Source: a virus. Taken from it: a DNA stretch of 64,000 nucleotides. Position 1 is the first letter of the stretch. Each line of letters begins with the position of its first letter. The position numbers and the translations under genes are program-made. Positions 16,828-26,199 of this stretch are shown in pieces. The stretch lies in the IMG/VR virus record IMGVR_UViG_3300025229_000001. The stretch is one strand, 5' to 3'. Below the pieces are notes generated by a model that saw only the letters and a program-made list of their open reading frames with translations, was not told the origin of the DNA and made no database searches.

Positions 16828-17105
16828 GAACTGACCTCGAAGTTTCCAGTGTCAGCCCGGTAAAGCAGGGTGCTCGACGTGAAGATCCCAGGCGCCAGCA
16901 GTATGTCGTAGCCAAGCGGTGAACCAATGAGCGCACCGGACCAGATCGCCGTTCCAGACTGATCCTGCAACGAAGCAAACCATCGCTGTCCAGAAATGTT
17001 CCATGTCACGATGAGTTGATAGCTGACGCTATCGAGCGTCACCGTAGTGGAGAAGGGCGGCGACGCTGAGTTGTTCGGCGAGAATGCAATCAGCGTGGTG
17101 GTCAT
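16824..17105 (-). CDS. Baseplate plug-like protein
   Basis: TVTLDSVSYQLIVTWNISGQRWF pattern; position. Confidence 0.7.
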   Translation of the reverse strand: MTTTLIAFSPNNSASPPFSTTVTLDSVSYQLIVTWNISGQRWFASLQDQSGTAIWSGALIGSPLGYDILLAPGIFTSSTLLYRADTGNFEVSS

Positions 17106-17842
17106 AGTGGCGACGAGAGGTATTGATTGACGACGCCAGTCAGGTTTGTGATGTTCGAAACGGCGTTCTGCGCCGCGGACCCGACCGCTGTTGCAGCGCT
17201 AGACCAGATTGACGTTCCGGCCGTGGTGGACGGTGTAATCTGAGCGCCGGAGGACAGCTTGCTCATCAGCGAGTTGTATGCGCTGTTAGCCTGCATCTGC
17301 GTGACCAACGGCTGGACAAAATCCCACTGCGCCATGATTTGCTGTTGTCGGCCTTCGCCACCCGTCGTGTCGGTGATGCTTTGCAGGAGGCAGTTCGTGT
17401 AGATGTACCAGGGCGTGGCAATGTGATACAGGCCGCCAGCCGCGTTGTGCGCGACCAGTGAATTTTGCAGCGAGGTCCAAATTGCTAACTTGGTGAGGTA
17501 GCCGGCGGTGTCTTTCACCGGCGCGATCATCCTCAGCGAGATCGTGAGCGGCTGCTGGATAGTCGAATTCGCCGCCACGGCCTGGTTGGCGAACGGATAC
17601 GTGGCGATCTGCTGATTAATCAGCGTCGAGCCGGGAATCGGTACGTAGGTGGCGAAGAAGTCGTCTGTCGAAATCCCATTCGTCAACGCTCCTTGCACTG
17701 CTCCCAATGCTTGTCCTCCCAGCGCGACGATGGGCAGCATGCCTCCCAAGGTGTTCGCTGCGATCCCGCCGACCAGAATGATGGGGCTTTTCTGGAAGGC
17801 GAGGTCGTAGACGTTTCGGAACGCATCGGAAATTATGGCCAT
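17102..17842 (-). CDS. Tail tube initiator-like protein
   Basis: Directly after tape measure; function inferred from position. Confidence 0.55.
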   Translation of the reverse strand: MAIISDAFRNVYDLAFQKSPIILVGGIAANTLGGMLPIVALGGQALGAVQGALTNGISTDDFFATYVPIPGSTLINQQIATYPFANQAVAANSTIQQPLTISLRMIAPVKDTAGYLTKLAIWTSLQNSLVAHNAAGGLYHIATPWYIYTNCLLQSITDTTGGEGRQQQIMAQWDFVQPLVTQMQANSAYNSLMSKLSSGAQITPSTTAGTSIWSSAATAVGSAAQNAVSNITNLTGVVNQYLSSPL

Positions 17843-17843
17843 A

Positions 17844-19442
17844 TCAATGCTGGGCTGCGTTCATCGAGGTCGCCACGCGGGCTGGAGTCGAATTGGTAAT
17901 ATTGATGTTGACGTTCTGGTTCTTGCGCAGCATCAACTGGGTAATTTTTGCAATGTAGTCCTGAGTCTCGCGGGGCGCATGCGATTCCCAGTTTTCACCG
18001 TTCTTGGCAATGTCCTTATCCAGGTTACCCATGCCCCAGTTGTATGCGGCAAGAGCCTTACGAACGTTGCCGCCGTAACGGTTCAGCAGGAACGAGTCAT
18101 ACCGGCGCGCGGCGTCTTGGGAGTCCTTGAGACTGTTGACGTCGCCATGTCCCCAATCCTTCCACGTGTCCGGCATGAACTGCATCGGTCCTCGCGCACC
18201 TTTAGGCGATAGCAAATTCTTTCCGCGCGCGGACTCGACGCTGTATTGGGAATCCACGATTCCCGCGAGCGTAGGCGTGCCAAGTGTGCCGCCATCGAAT
18301 GATTGGGCGGCAGACGAGGCGTTGCCGCGGAGCCAGTTACCGAACTTCCGTAGACCAGATGTAACGCGGCCCTCGTTGGGCTGAACAACTCCGGGGTTCT
18401 CGATAGCATCAAGAAGGCTTTTTGCCTCTGGTCCTGCCACTTTCAAAAGATTGACTGCGGCTGCGGCTGCGGCGTCGCCCATCGCCTTCAGTTCCGGTGA
18501 CATTTGAGCCAACTGCCCGTTGAACTCATTCATCACCTGAGCCCAATCAGACTTCAGCGCTGCCTTAACATCGGATGCTTGATCCGCGGTGCCTTGGTCG
18601 ATCTCATTGCGTTTGGCATCTGCGATTTCCTTCTGCTGAGCCTTGGCCCAATCAGTGTCGTTGTAGCTGGCGCCGGTACGCAATTGCTGCAGTGACAGCA
18701 TGTCCGTGAAGCCGTATGCCTGCGCCAGCGAAGCCGCTGGCATGCCTGACTTCTGCCATTCCCGATACTTCCCGCTTGCGGCGCGCGCGAAGTCATACGT
18801 TAGTTGCTCAGCATCTTCGTTCTGGATCTGCTGCGGCGTGAGGCCGGCGGCCATGAAAGCGCGCCATTTGCTCACGTCGCCTTGAGCGTTCGCGACGTTG
18901 CCGAGATCGGAGGCACCGAGGCCAAACTTTTCGAAGTTCGCGCCGAATGCTTGCGTCTGACCGATTCGGAGACCTAGGCCGCGTGCCTGGAGGTTCTGGC
19001 CTGCTACGGTATTGGTGGCACCGTAAATCGCACCCAGCGCCGCCGCTATACCACTGGTCCCGACTGAGCCGAGCTTGAGTAGAACCGAGCTCATGCCGGC
19101 GATCGATTTATGCATTGTCGCAGACGCCTTCTGCATCCGCGTCATCTGGATGGCGCCGTCCTTGACCTTGACGTTGAACTTGTCCTGCACGCCTGTGGCG
19201 CGAGCCATCCCCTTCGAGATCGCATCGGCCTGAATCGCCGCGATCATCAGGAATTCTTTGGACAGCTTCGACGACTTGGAGAAGTCTTCCATGCCAACGC
19301 CGGCATCGTCGATCGACCCAGTGACCTTGGCCCAATCTTCGGGCATCGATTCGAGCTTCTTCTGATAGTCACTGAAGAGAGCATGGAACTCGCGGAACTG
19401 CGAGTCGTTGATCTCAATATCGACGATTGCTTTTTGCGTCAT
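17844..19442 (-). CDS. Tape measure protein with C-terminal lytic transglycosylase (SLT)
   Basis: Helical Ala-rich body; VES...GARGPMQFMP...ALAAYNWG SLT motifs. Confidence 0.88.
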   Translation of the reverse strand: MTQKAIVDIEINDSQFREFHALFSDYQKKLESMPEDWAKVTGSIDDAGVGMEDFSKSSKLSKEFLMIAAIQADAISKGMARATGVQDKFNVKVKDGAIQMTRMQKASATMHKSIAGMSSVLLKLGSVGTSGIAAALGAIYGATNTVAGQNLQARGLGLRIGQTQAFGANFEKFGLGASDLGNVANAQGDVSKWRAFMAAGLTPQQIQNEDAEQLTYDFARAASGKYREWQKSGMPAASLAQAYGFTDMLSLQQLRTGASYNDTDWAKAQQKEIADAKRNEIDQGTADQASDVKAALKSDWAQVMNEFNGQLAQMSPELKAMGDAAAAAAVNLLKVAGPEAKSLLDAIENPGVVQPNEGRVTSGLRKFGNWLRGNASSAAQSFDGGTLGTPTLAGIVDSQYSVESARGKNLLSPKGARGPMQFMPDTWKDWGHGDVNSLKDSQDAARRYDSFLLNRYGGNVRKALAAYNWGMGNLDKDIAKNGENWESHAPRETQDYIAKITQLMLRKNQNVNINITNSTPARVATSMNAAQH

Positions 19443-19582
19443 GCCGGTCGCTTAAGCGCCTCAATGAGGTATCTGTGGCGGAACTGCTGCGCCGTCCGAT
19501 ACGGGCTGTCGTATCGCTCGAACACTTCGCCGAATCCCTCATTGGCGATGTAGTTCAGGATGGAATCGACGATGGTGTCTTT
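19439..19582 (-). CDS. Tail assembly chaperone frameshift extension (T-like segment)
   Basis: -1 frame relative to the chaperone; ends in ATGA overlap with tape measure; 5' boundary uncertain. Confidence 0.5.
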   Translation of the reverse strand, partial: KDTIVDSILNYIANEGFGEVFERYDSPYRTAQQFRHRYLIEALKRPA

Positions 19583-20217
19583 GTCGTAGGCGCGGCCTGC
19601 GTCAATGTCGGCAAAGAGGCGAGGAATTCCGTAGGCGTGGATGATGTGATCGACCCCGACAGAACGGATGCTGTTCCCTTCGCTGCCGTCTCGCGGTCCG
19701 CCTTTTTCGCCATCGCATAATGACAGGTAAAAAAAGTGACGGCGGCGACCGTTTCCTCCCAATCCTCAGAATCGATCTTGCCGCTGGAAATTGCCGTCTC
19801 TACAGGGAGCATGTCCCAACCATTCGGGCCAGGACATAGAATGGTCGTGAGGCGCTTGAACTCGGCGAAGAGGGCATCAGTGGCCTCGTCGTGAACATTT
19901 CCGCGGTCGTCGACCATGCCAAGGCTGATCGCCTCTTTACGGCCCTCGTCCTTCAGCGTCAGAGCGGCAATGCGCGGCCCAGCGCCCATCAGGTAGTGCG
20001 CCCCCTTGCTGGAGAGCGACGCCTTGGTGGCGGCCAGAACACGGTAATGCTGCTCGAAGATGATGCGTGATACTGGTGTATGGAAGGCATAGATTCGCAC
20101 TACGTCTTCAGTCACATCCTCGGTCACGTCTTTGCCGTCAACCTGTTTCGTGACTTTCCGCGTGACCTTTTCAGTCACGACAGGCAGAACCAGATTCCGC
20201 CGTTCGTCGATTTTCAT
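19555..20217 (-). CDS. Tail assembly chaperone (G-like)
   Basis: Between tube and tape measure genes. Confidence 0.7.
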   Translation of the reverse strand: MKIDERRNLVLPVVTEKVTRKVTKQVDGKDVTEDVTEDVVRIYAFHTPVSRIIFEQHYRVLAATKASLSSKGAHYLMGAGPRIAALTLKDEGRKEAISLGMVDDRGNVHDEATDALFAEFKRLTTILCPGPNGWDMLPVETAISSGKIDSEDWEETVAAVTFFTCHYAMAKKADRETAAKGTASVLSGSITSSTPTEFLASLPTLTQAAPTTKTPSSIPS

Positions 20218-20307
20218 CTCAATCCCTTTAACTGAGCCTTATGAGGTGCCACGGCAACCGGTAAGGTGCCGGCGTTCGGGTCGCGTCCCTAGCCGTGGCG
20301 TGAGGTG

Positions 20308-20751
20308 TTACGTGAAAGACCAGAGCGAAGAGTTCGCGTTGAACGATCCGCGGAGCGTGAGGCGGACTACCGGGTCGGTGCCGTCAAACGCGCCGGGCGA
20401 AATCATGCGAATGCCCGTGTCGTTCAGCGTGATCGCCGGGAACGCGGATGTGTCGCTGTGAATCGTCACATCGCCGAGAACGCTCGTGTCCTGAGCCTGC
20501 GCCAGCCAGTTGGCCGCGAGCGCCTGCGAGCGCAAGAGGCCCACAGTGATGGTCGCCATCACGTACGGCTCCGGCGAATTGACGACACCGGTCGCAGTTT
20601 CAATCTGCTGGTTGAAATCACCCTCGAATTCAATATGGGCGAACGACTTGCCCATGTACTGAGAGATGATGTTCAGCGAAGGAAAGGCGGCGATAACTAC
20701 CGAGCACCGGACGCGGTTTAGCGGACCCGCATTGAGATAGGGATTTGCCAT
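20308..20751 (-). CDS. Tail tube protein
   Basis: 147 aa beta-rich, directly after sheath. Confidence 0.75.
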   Translation of the reverse strand: MANPYLNAGPLNRVRCSVVIAAFPSLNIISQYMGKSFAHIEFEGDFNQQIETATGVVNSPEPYVMATITVGLLRSQALAANWLAQAQDTSVLGDVTIHSDTSAFPAITLNDTGIRMISPGAFDGTDPVVRLTLRGSFNANSSLWSFT

Positions 20752-20760
20752 GTTGCGTCC

Positions 20761-22086
20761 TTAAGCGACAAACTGCGTCGCGTCGAGGTTGAAGGTCAGG
20801 GTGAGGAATGCGTTCTGACCAACCACCGTCGCCGAAAAGCCGTTGTAGATGCCAGCGTTGTAGTCGTTCGGGTTTTCCGTCGTGTAAGTCGAGAACGGGA
20901 CGGCGCTTACCACGGCACTTAACGCGCAGCCGAACTTGACGGCCGAGTTGGCAACGTTCTGCGCGACGGCCAGAAGCGTGTTGATGCCGTTCTGGTCATA
21001 GAGCAGCGGCGGGTTGCTATTCGATCCGTTGATGATTGCTGCGGCGAGAGCCTGCTTGACCTGGATACGGAACCAGTCAATCCCGTACCACCAGGCCGCC
21101 TGCTCACCGTCCATCGTCGTGCCCTTGAAAACGCACGCGGTGGATATGCCGCCTTCGGCACCAGTTAGGATCAGGTTGCCGTAGTTGGTCAGCACTGTGT
21201 TGATGTTCGTCTGATTGCCGACTTGGGCCCACGGCGTTACGCCATAAGCGTATCGGTACGACATCGGCGCGAGCGGATTCGACGAGCCCGGCTTGTTCGC
21301 GAGCCAGTTATAGAAGTCAACCGACAGTTGATGCTCAGTCGATGCCTTCGTCGGGCTCGGAACCTGCGCATAGACCGCCTTGTTGACGACGTAGTTCGGC
21401 AGGTTCGCAACGGTGGTGGTGACGAAGAAGTACGTCTGGCCGCTGGGGCTGTCGTAGTTCGACGTCATCGTGTTCAGAGCCGCAGACGATGCTGCGTCCC
21501 ACGAGGCCGGCAGCAGGTACGCATAGAACACCTGCGGATTGCTGTTCGCCGTGATCCACGTTTGCAGCGCCGTGATGGCGGATGCTGCGGTGGTCTGCGC
21601 TCCGAGCTCAAGCACGTACACGCCTACCGCATTTCCTTGCGCGAAGAACGTCGTCGCCGCGTTGCTCAGAAAGCCAGCATTCGACGGGAGATACGTGCCG
21701 GGCACGGTCTCAGTGCCGGGATTCGTCGCGAGTGCGAAAGTGAATGTATTCGCACTTGCCACCGTAGCCACGTACGTGCCGTTATAGGCGGCAGGCGTTG
21801 CGCCGGCAATGGTCGTGGTGAACGTCTGGCCGGTCGCCAAGCCGATGGTTGCGGCAGTTGTCGCGGTGACGGTGCCGCTCGACCAGACCATGCCCGTCAG
21901 TGCGAGAGGCGTAGCGAGCAGCGCCTGTACCGCGGACAGCGTGCCGCAATACTGATAGGTGCCAGCAGTGAGGGTGGTGCCGCCCGCCGACACAATCGCA
22001 CCACTTTGCTGGAGCTGCGAGACGGTCGGCGCGCGCGTCACGGTCGTGTTGACCGTTACGATCGTCGGTGTGATTGTAGTCGCCAT
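20761..22086 (-). CDS. Tail sheath protein (DUF3383-like) with inserted beta domain
   Basis: WYGIDW...LAAAIING...LLYDQNGI C-terminal sheath pattern. Confidence 0.8.
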   Translation of the reverse strand: MATTITPTIVTVNTTVTRAPTVSQLQQSGAIVSAGGTTLTAGTYQYCGTLSAVQALLATPLALTGMVWSSGTVTATTAATIGLATGQTFTTTIAGATPAAYNGTYVATVASANTFTFALATNPGTETVPGTYLPSNAGFLSNAATTFFAQGNAVGVYVLELGAQTTAASAITALQTWITANSNPQVFYAYLLPASWDAASSAALNTMTSNYDSPSGQTYFFVTTTVANLPNYVVNKAVYAQVPSPTKASTEHQLSVDFYNWLANKPGSSNPLAPMSYRYAYGVTPWAQVGNQTNINTVLTNYGNLILTGAEGGISTACVFKGTTMDGEQAAWWYGIDWFRIQVKQALAAAIINGSNSNPPLLYDQNGINTLLAVAQNVANSAVKFGCALSAVVSAVPFSTYTTENPNDYNAGIYNGFSATVVGQNAFLTLTFNLDATQFVA

Positions 22087-22104
22087 GTGGGCGGGCTCCA
22101 GCTA

Positions 22105-22479
22105 TTAATCGAACGAGACAGCGACTTGACCACCGGTACCCGGATCGACAACGATCCCGGCGAGGCAGGGGAAATCGAGAGAGATGACAGTGCCGACCGC
22201 CGGCCACGAAGCGGTGTATTTGAGAATGGCGTTCGCTGTTGCCGCGGCGCCGGTCGTTGCAACGTCGTACACGGCGAAGTTGCCAGCGGTGGCGGCGGCG
22301 ACCACTGTCACCTTGCAAACGCGACCGGCACCGGCCTTCACGAGGTTGATGGCGGTAACGTTCAGCTTGTTGGACGATCCGTTGCCGACGAGCAGATTGC
22401 CGCTGCCGTCCATCTGGAGTTGCGAACTCTTGTTTGCTGCGTTGAGTGCTACGTTTGCTTGAAGCGGGGCCTGGGGCAT
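22105..22479 (-). CDS. Small beta-rich virion protein
   Basis: GGAG RBS; Gly/Ala/Val-rich strands; located before sheath. Confidence 0.65.
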   Translation of the reverse strand: MPQAPLQANVALNAANKSSQLQMDGSGNLLVGNGSSNKLNVTAINLVKAGAGRVCKVTVVAAATAGNFAVYDVATTGAAATANAILKYTASWPAVGTVISLDFPCLAGIVVDPGTGGQVAVSFD

Positions 22480-22496
22480 TTAAAGCTCCTGAAAAG

Positions 22497-22519
22497 AAAA
22501 ACCCCGCTCGCGGCGGGGT
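22497..22519 (-). terminator. Intrinsic terminator between neck and tail genes
   Basis: A-tract-CCCCGC-TCGCG-GCGGGG. Confidence 0.7.
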
Positions 22520-22543
22520 GGAATGACTAGTCGGGGTGCCCCG

Positions 22544-23491
22544 CTAGGTGTTGATAGAAGAGAAGCCCGCCGAGAGAATCAGTCGGCGCGCGATCGCATC
22601 GGAGGTTGTCTGGAAATACCAGGCGTCGATGTCGAGCGTCTTTTTCATCGCAATGACGGTCAACTCCGACTGTGTGCGCTTGGCATCCTTCAGAACCGGC
22701 GAATTGCCGAATCCGAAGTTGTCGGTGTTCAACGAATAATCGATCAGCGATGCATAGAACTGGATGGCCTGCTGGTTAGTCAGGCCGTAGAGGGTCAACC
22801 GGACGCGATCTTTGGCGAGCTGTGAACTCGGCATGTCATGCAGCGGTGATGCCCCGGAATTTGGAACAGTCGTGCCCGGCCACACGTAGATCGGGAATGA
22901 CGGCGCCTCGGTCTGATCGGGTTCAACATGTGCCACCACGTAAGGGGGCACAACGTTCGCTGGCACAAGGTACGACGCATAGACCGGCAGCGTCGGCGTG
23001 CTTTGCGCGAGCCAGATCGGCAGGCTGTTAGAAACGATCGGGCCTGTCGGCAGATCAGCCGCGCTGTCAATCAGCTGCGATGTGAGCGCTGGATAAACCG
23101 CGTTCCCAACGTAGTGATAGAGGTTCGCCTGCTTGTAGAACGCTCCTCGAGCATTGAACGAGAAACGTATTCCGTCGATGATGCCGACAAACAGATCGGT
23201 AGGCGCTGCCGTGTTGAATACGTCGATCTGGCTTAGCGCGGTGAAGATGATCCGGTTGACATCAATCGTTTCGTCTTCGTTTTGCTGCTGATCGGTCACA
23301 AGGTGCAGAGACCCTTGGACCGTTTGAGTGACACCAGTGTTCACCCAGAAGACGTAGCCGTCAGCCGGGAGAATTGACTGGCTGTATTTCGTGAACGTGA
23401 CCGTCTGGCTTTGCGAGATCTGATCAACACCGGCCGCCAGCGTGCTCGCCAACTGGCTTTGTGACCCTAGCGATTCGGCGATAGATGGCAT
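22544..23491 (-). CDS. Neck / tail completion protein
   Basis: Position between head and sheath; function inferred. Confidence 0.55.
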   Translation of the reverse strand: MPSIAESLGSQSQLASTLAAGVDQISQSQTVTFTKYSQSILPADGYVFWVNTGVTQTVQGSLHLVTDQQQNEDETIDVNRIIFTALSQIDVFNTAAPTDLFVGIIDGIRFSFNARGAFYKQANLYHYVGNAVYPALTSQLIDSAADLPTGPIVSNSLPIWLAQSTPTLPVYASYLVPANVVPPYVVAHVEPDQTEAPSFPIYVWPGTTVPNSGASPLHDMPSSQLAKDRVRLTLYGLTNQQAIQFYASLIDYSLNTDNFGFGNSPVLKDAKRTQSELTVIAMKKTLDIDAWYFQTTSDAIARRLILSAGFSSINT

Positions 23492-24042
23492 TAATCAAAC
23501 CACGCGATGAGCGTTGACCAGTAGAGTGACGTGTCGATGAACGAGGGGCGCCGGGGATTGCCCTTGGCATAGGGATGCTTCAGACGGTGATTCACGCCAT
23601 TCATTGCGGCCTGCGTCGGAACGGCCTCAATGCCCATGTGCTCGATCTCCTGCAACGAGATGAAGCTTTTCATCATCGTCGTGATGGATGACTCAGCGCC
23701 GGCGAGTGGATTCCCGGAAGGGTGGCCGCCCATCATCATGGTTTCGAGTTGCCCAGCGATCGAGTCTTCCAGTGCTTTGGTGATATCGGGGAGGCGAGCG
23801 AACGCGAAGGTATCCAGCACGCCGTACTTTTCTTCGAGGATCTCGGCGACCTCGCCGGTTGTCTTCGTGGCCGCGCTCTTCTTGCCTTTCTTTCCCTTCG
23901 ATCCGCCGTCTACGTACGGAACGTCAATCACGCCCAGATGCAACGTGATGCGTCCTGGCGGCGCAGTCGTGGTGCCGACGTGAACGGGGGAATAGCTTCC
24001 GCCGCCTTCCGCCATCGGAACGCCGAAGTCTTTTGCCGCCAT
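23491..24042 (-). CDS. Neck protein (HK97 gp10-like position)
   Basis: HLGVIDVPY, RRPSFIDT; position. Confidence 0.55.
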   Translation of the reverse strand: MAAKDFGVPMAEGGGSYSPVHVGTTTAPPGRITLHLGVIDVPYVDGGSKGKKGKKSAATKTTGEVAEILEEKYGVLDTFAFARLPDITKALEDSIAGQLETMMMGGHPSGNPLAGAESSITTMMKSFISLQEIEHMGIEAVPTQAAMNGVNHRLKHPYAKGNPRRPSFIDTSLYWSTLIAWFD

Positions 24043-24050
24043 GATTTGCC

Positions 24051-24554
24051 TTAGCTAATGCCCCAGATGTTTCCGAGGTCCTGCTGCATGCTCAACCACT
24101 GGCGCCCATACGGGTCCTTCAGTGACTGCAACTGGCCGAGCGTGAGGCCCTTCAGAAAGTCGGGCGACAGCAGGGAATCGGACGTTCCTTGGTCCGCAGC
24201 GGAATTTACGACACCCGGCGTGAAGCTCGTTAGCTTCATGCTCGAGCGCGCGTCAGCGAAGAAAGTCTGACCAGATTGGTCCGGACACCAGTTCAGCAGG
24301 AACGATGTCGCAAGGCAATAGACCCCGAAGCAGTAGTAGTCCTGCCCGATGGCATACAGCACTCGCAGCGTCTGTTCCTCTGCATAGCTGAGAGCCCACG
24401 TGATGTAAGGGCTGTTCGACGGTAACGCGGCAGTCGGAACGCCGGCCACCGTCGTCAGGAAGGTGTACAGGTCAGTCGCATTGGGAGCCGGCTGCGTTTG
24501 CCACGGGGCGAGCACGCCCATGCCGGGAAGCGGAGGAAAGCAGGGCGTGCACAT
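24051..24554 (-). CDS. Head-tail adaptor (DUF4054-like)
   Basis: AGAGG RBS; GVVNSAADQG, DPYGRQWL pattern. Confidence 0.6.
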   Translation of the reverse strand: MCTPCFPPLPGMGVLAPWQTQPAPNATDLYTFLTTVAGVPTAALPSNSPYITWALSYAEEQTLRVLYAIGQDYYCFGVYCLATSFLLNWCPDQSGQTFFADARSSMKLTSFTPGVVNSAADQGTSDSLLSPDFLKGLTLGQLQSLKDPYGRQWLSMQQDLGNIWGIS

Positions 24555-24562
24555 ATTGCCTC

Positions 24563-25075
24563 TTAGGTGCGGCGGCGACCGCGACGACGCTCGGATTGTT
24601 GCGGCTTCTCGTCGCCGACTGTGATGACTTCGTGGACCTGCGACTCGACGCCTTTCTGATCCACCTCTTCGATCTCAACCTCGAACGACGCGATCTTTGA
24701 GTCGGTTTCCTGAGCGGCCCGGCGCATCAGATCGTCCGACGATGCGGCGGCTTCCTTGCGGCGCTCGGCGGCTTCGTCGTACAGGACGTCCTCGTTGTTC
24801 GTCATCGTGTTGTACAGACGGTCCAGCGGGATCGGCGTGTCGAACTGATAGCACTGGCCGACGAATCCCTTGGCGCGATCGATTTCCGACACCGGCAACA
24901 TGCCGTACATCTTGTGCTGGTTCACGATGCTTTCGTGATCTGCCCGTGATCCTTCGGGATAGATGCTCTTCTGTTGTCCCGGCGGGATCTCGACGAAGAT
25001 CGGGCGCTGCGTGCGCTCAGTCCAGAAGTGCAACTGGAAGTTGTGTTTGGTGAGATTTGCGACGAATAACGGCAT
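24563..25075 (-). CDS. Head morphogenesis hypothetical protein
   Basis: Clean ORF just after major capsid gene. Confidence 0.6.
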   Translation of the reverse strand: MPLFVANLTKHNFQLHFWTERTQRPIFVEIPPGQQKSIYPEGSRADHESIVNQHKMYGMLPVSEIDRAKGFVGQCYQFDTPIPLDRLYNTMTNNEDVLYDEAAERRKEAAASSDDLMRRAAQETDSKIASFEVEIEEVDQKGVESQVHEVITVGDEKPQQSERRRGRRRT

Positions 25076-25170
25076 GATATTCCCTGTTAGTTAGTCCCTG
25101 TAATGGTGCCCGCGGAAGCACGACAGGGGGCGTGCGTGTCAGTTGCGCAACCTATCCGCGGGCTGACCGT

Positions 25171-26190
25171 TTAGAAGCCGGCGCTGACGAGCGTGATGGC
25201 TTCGGGGCGCGGCGCCCAGCCCGACGTCGAACGCAGTTCCGACACAACGTCAACGGCACCAGCAGGAAGCGGTGCGATGATTTCAGTCGGAGCGGCGCGG
25301 TCGACGAGCTGGAGCGAGCATGCGTCGAGACCCGGCGTCAGTTCGGCAAACACGTTCGTGTTGATCTTGTTCACGCGGTTCTTCTTCACCTCCGGCATGG
25401 AGATGATGATCAGGTCGGTGCCGCCTGCGCCCTTGCCGATGAGCGTGTCATCGCAGGTCCAGGTGATCTCATCCTTGTTCCAGCCAGCGACGTCGTCCAC
25501 GAGACCGCGGATCGACTTCGAGCCCGCGCCTTCACGCTGGAATTGCGTGAGCTGGACGATGCCGTAGTAGCTGATCGCCTGCATGATGCGCTGGGTCGTC
25601 AGCACCGTGAAACGGGCCGGGACGCCAACCGTCATCGTGCGCGTCTTGATCGCAGCGATCTGCTGTGCGAGGAAGAACGCCAGCGCGCCGTTGTCGTACG
25701 TCGAGATGGTCGTGTTGCCATTCGGGTCGGCCGGCAGGTTCAGTGCCGTGGCGCCGTTCGCGTTCAGCAGGCCTTCGCCGTTCGCCGGGTTTGCGCCGTA
25801 CAGCAGCAGGTTCCGTTGTTGCTGGAACGTGCCCTGACGCATTGCCAGGCGATGGGCTTCCACGGTCGATGCGCCAACGCGGCCGAGAGCAGCCGTGTCG
25901 TGATGATCGTATTCAGCGCGCGAACGGATCATGTACGTCGGCGTGCTGATTTCGTTGTACACGACCGTGCACGACGGCAGCGCATTGGCCACGAACTGGC
26001 CGGTCTGCACTTGCGTGCGGACGTCGAGGCGCTTGATGTAGACGGCTAGGTCGCCCTCACCGAGACGCACGAGCGGGTCGCCAGTTGCGATCGTGTCGAA
26101 CGCGCCCGATGCCTGTTGATACTGCAGGAGAAGTTCGGGAACCACGTACGACGGGTTGACCCGGATTTGTGCCGGTACGATATTGGCCAT
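25171..26190 (-). CDS. Major capsid protein (DUF2184-like, HK97 fold)
   Basis: 339 aa; LLYG...GEGLLN; follows decoration gene; AGGA RBS. Confidence 0.85.
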   Translation of the reverse strand: MANIVPAQIRVNPSYVVPELLLQYQQASGAFDTIATGDPLVRLGEGDLAVYIKRLDVRTQVQTGQFVANALPSCTVVYNEISTPTYMIRSRAEYDHHDTAALGRVGASTVEAHRLAMRQGTFQQQRNLLLYGANPANGEGLLNANGATALNLPADPNGNTTISTYDNGALAFFLAQQIAAIKTRTMTVGVPARFTVLTTQRIMQAISYYGIVQLTQFQREGAGSKSIRGLVDDVAGWNKDEITWTCDDTLIGKGAGGTDLIIISMPEVKKNRVNKINTNVFAELTPGLDACSLQLVDRAAPTEIIAPLPAGAVDVVSELRSTSGWAPRPEAITLVSAGF

Positions 26191-26199
26191 GTTCTGTCC

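Noticed and set aside
21223-22530. 435-aa plus-strand ORF
   Set aside because: Arg-rich shadow of the sheath gene.
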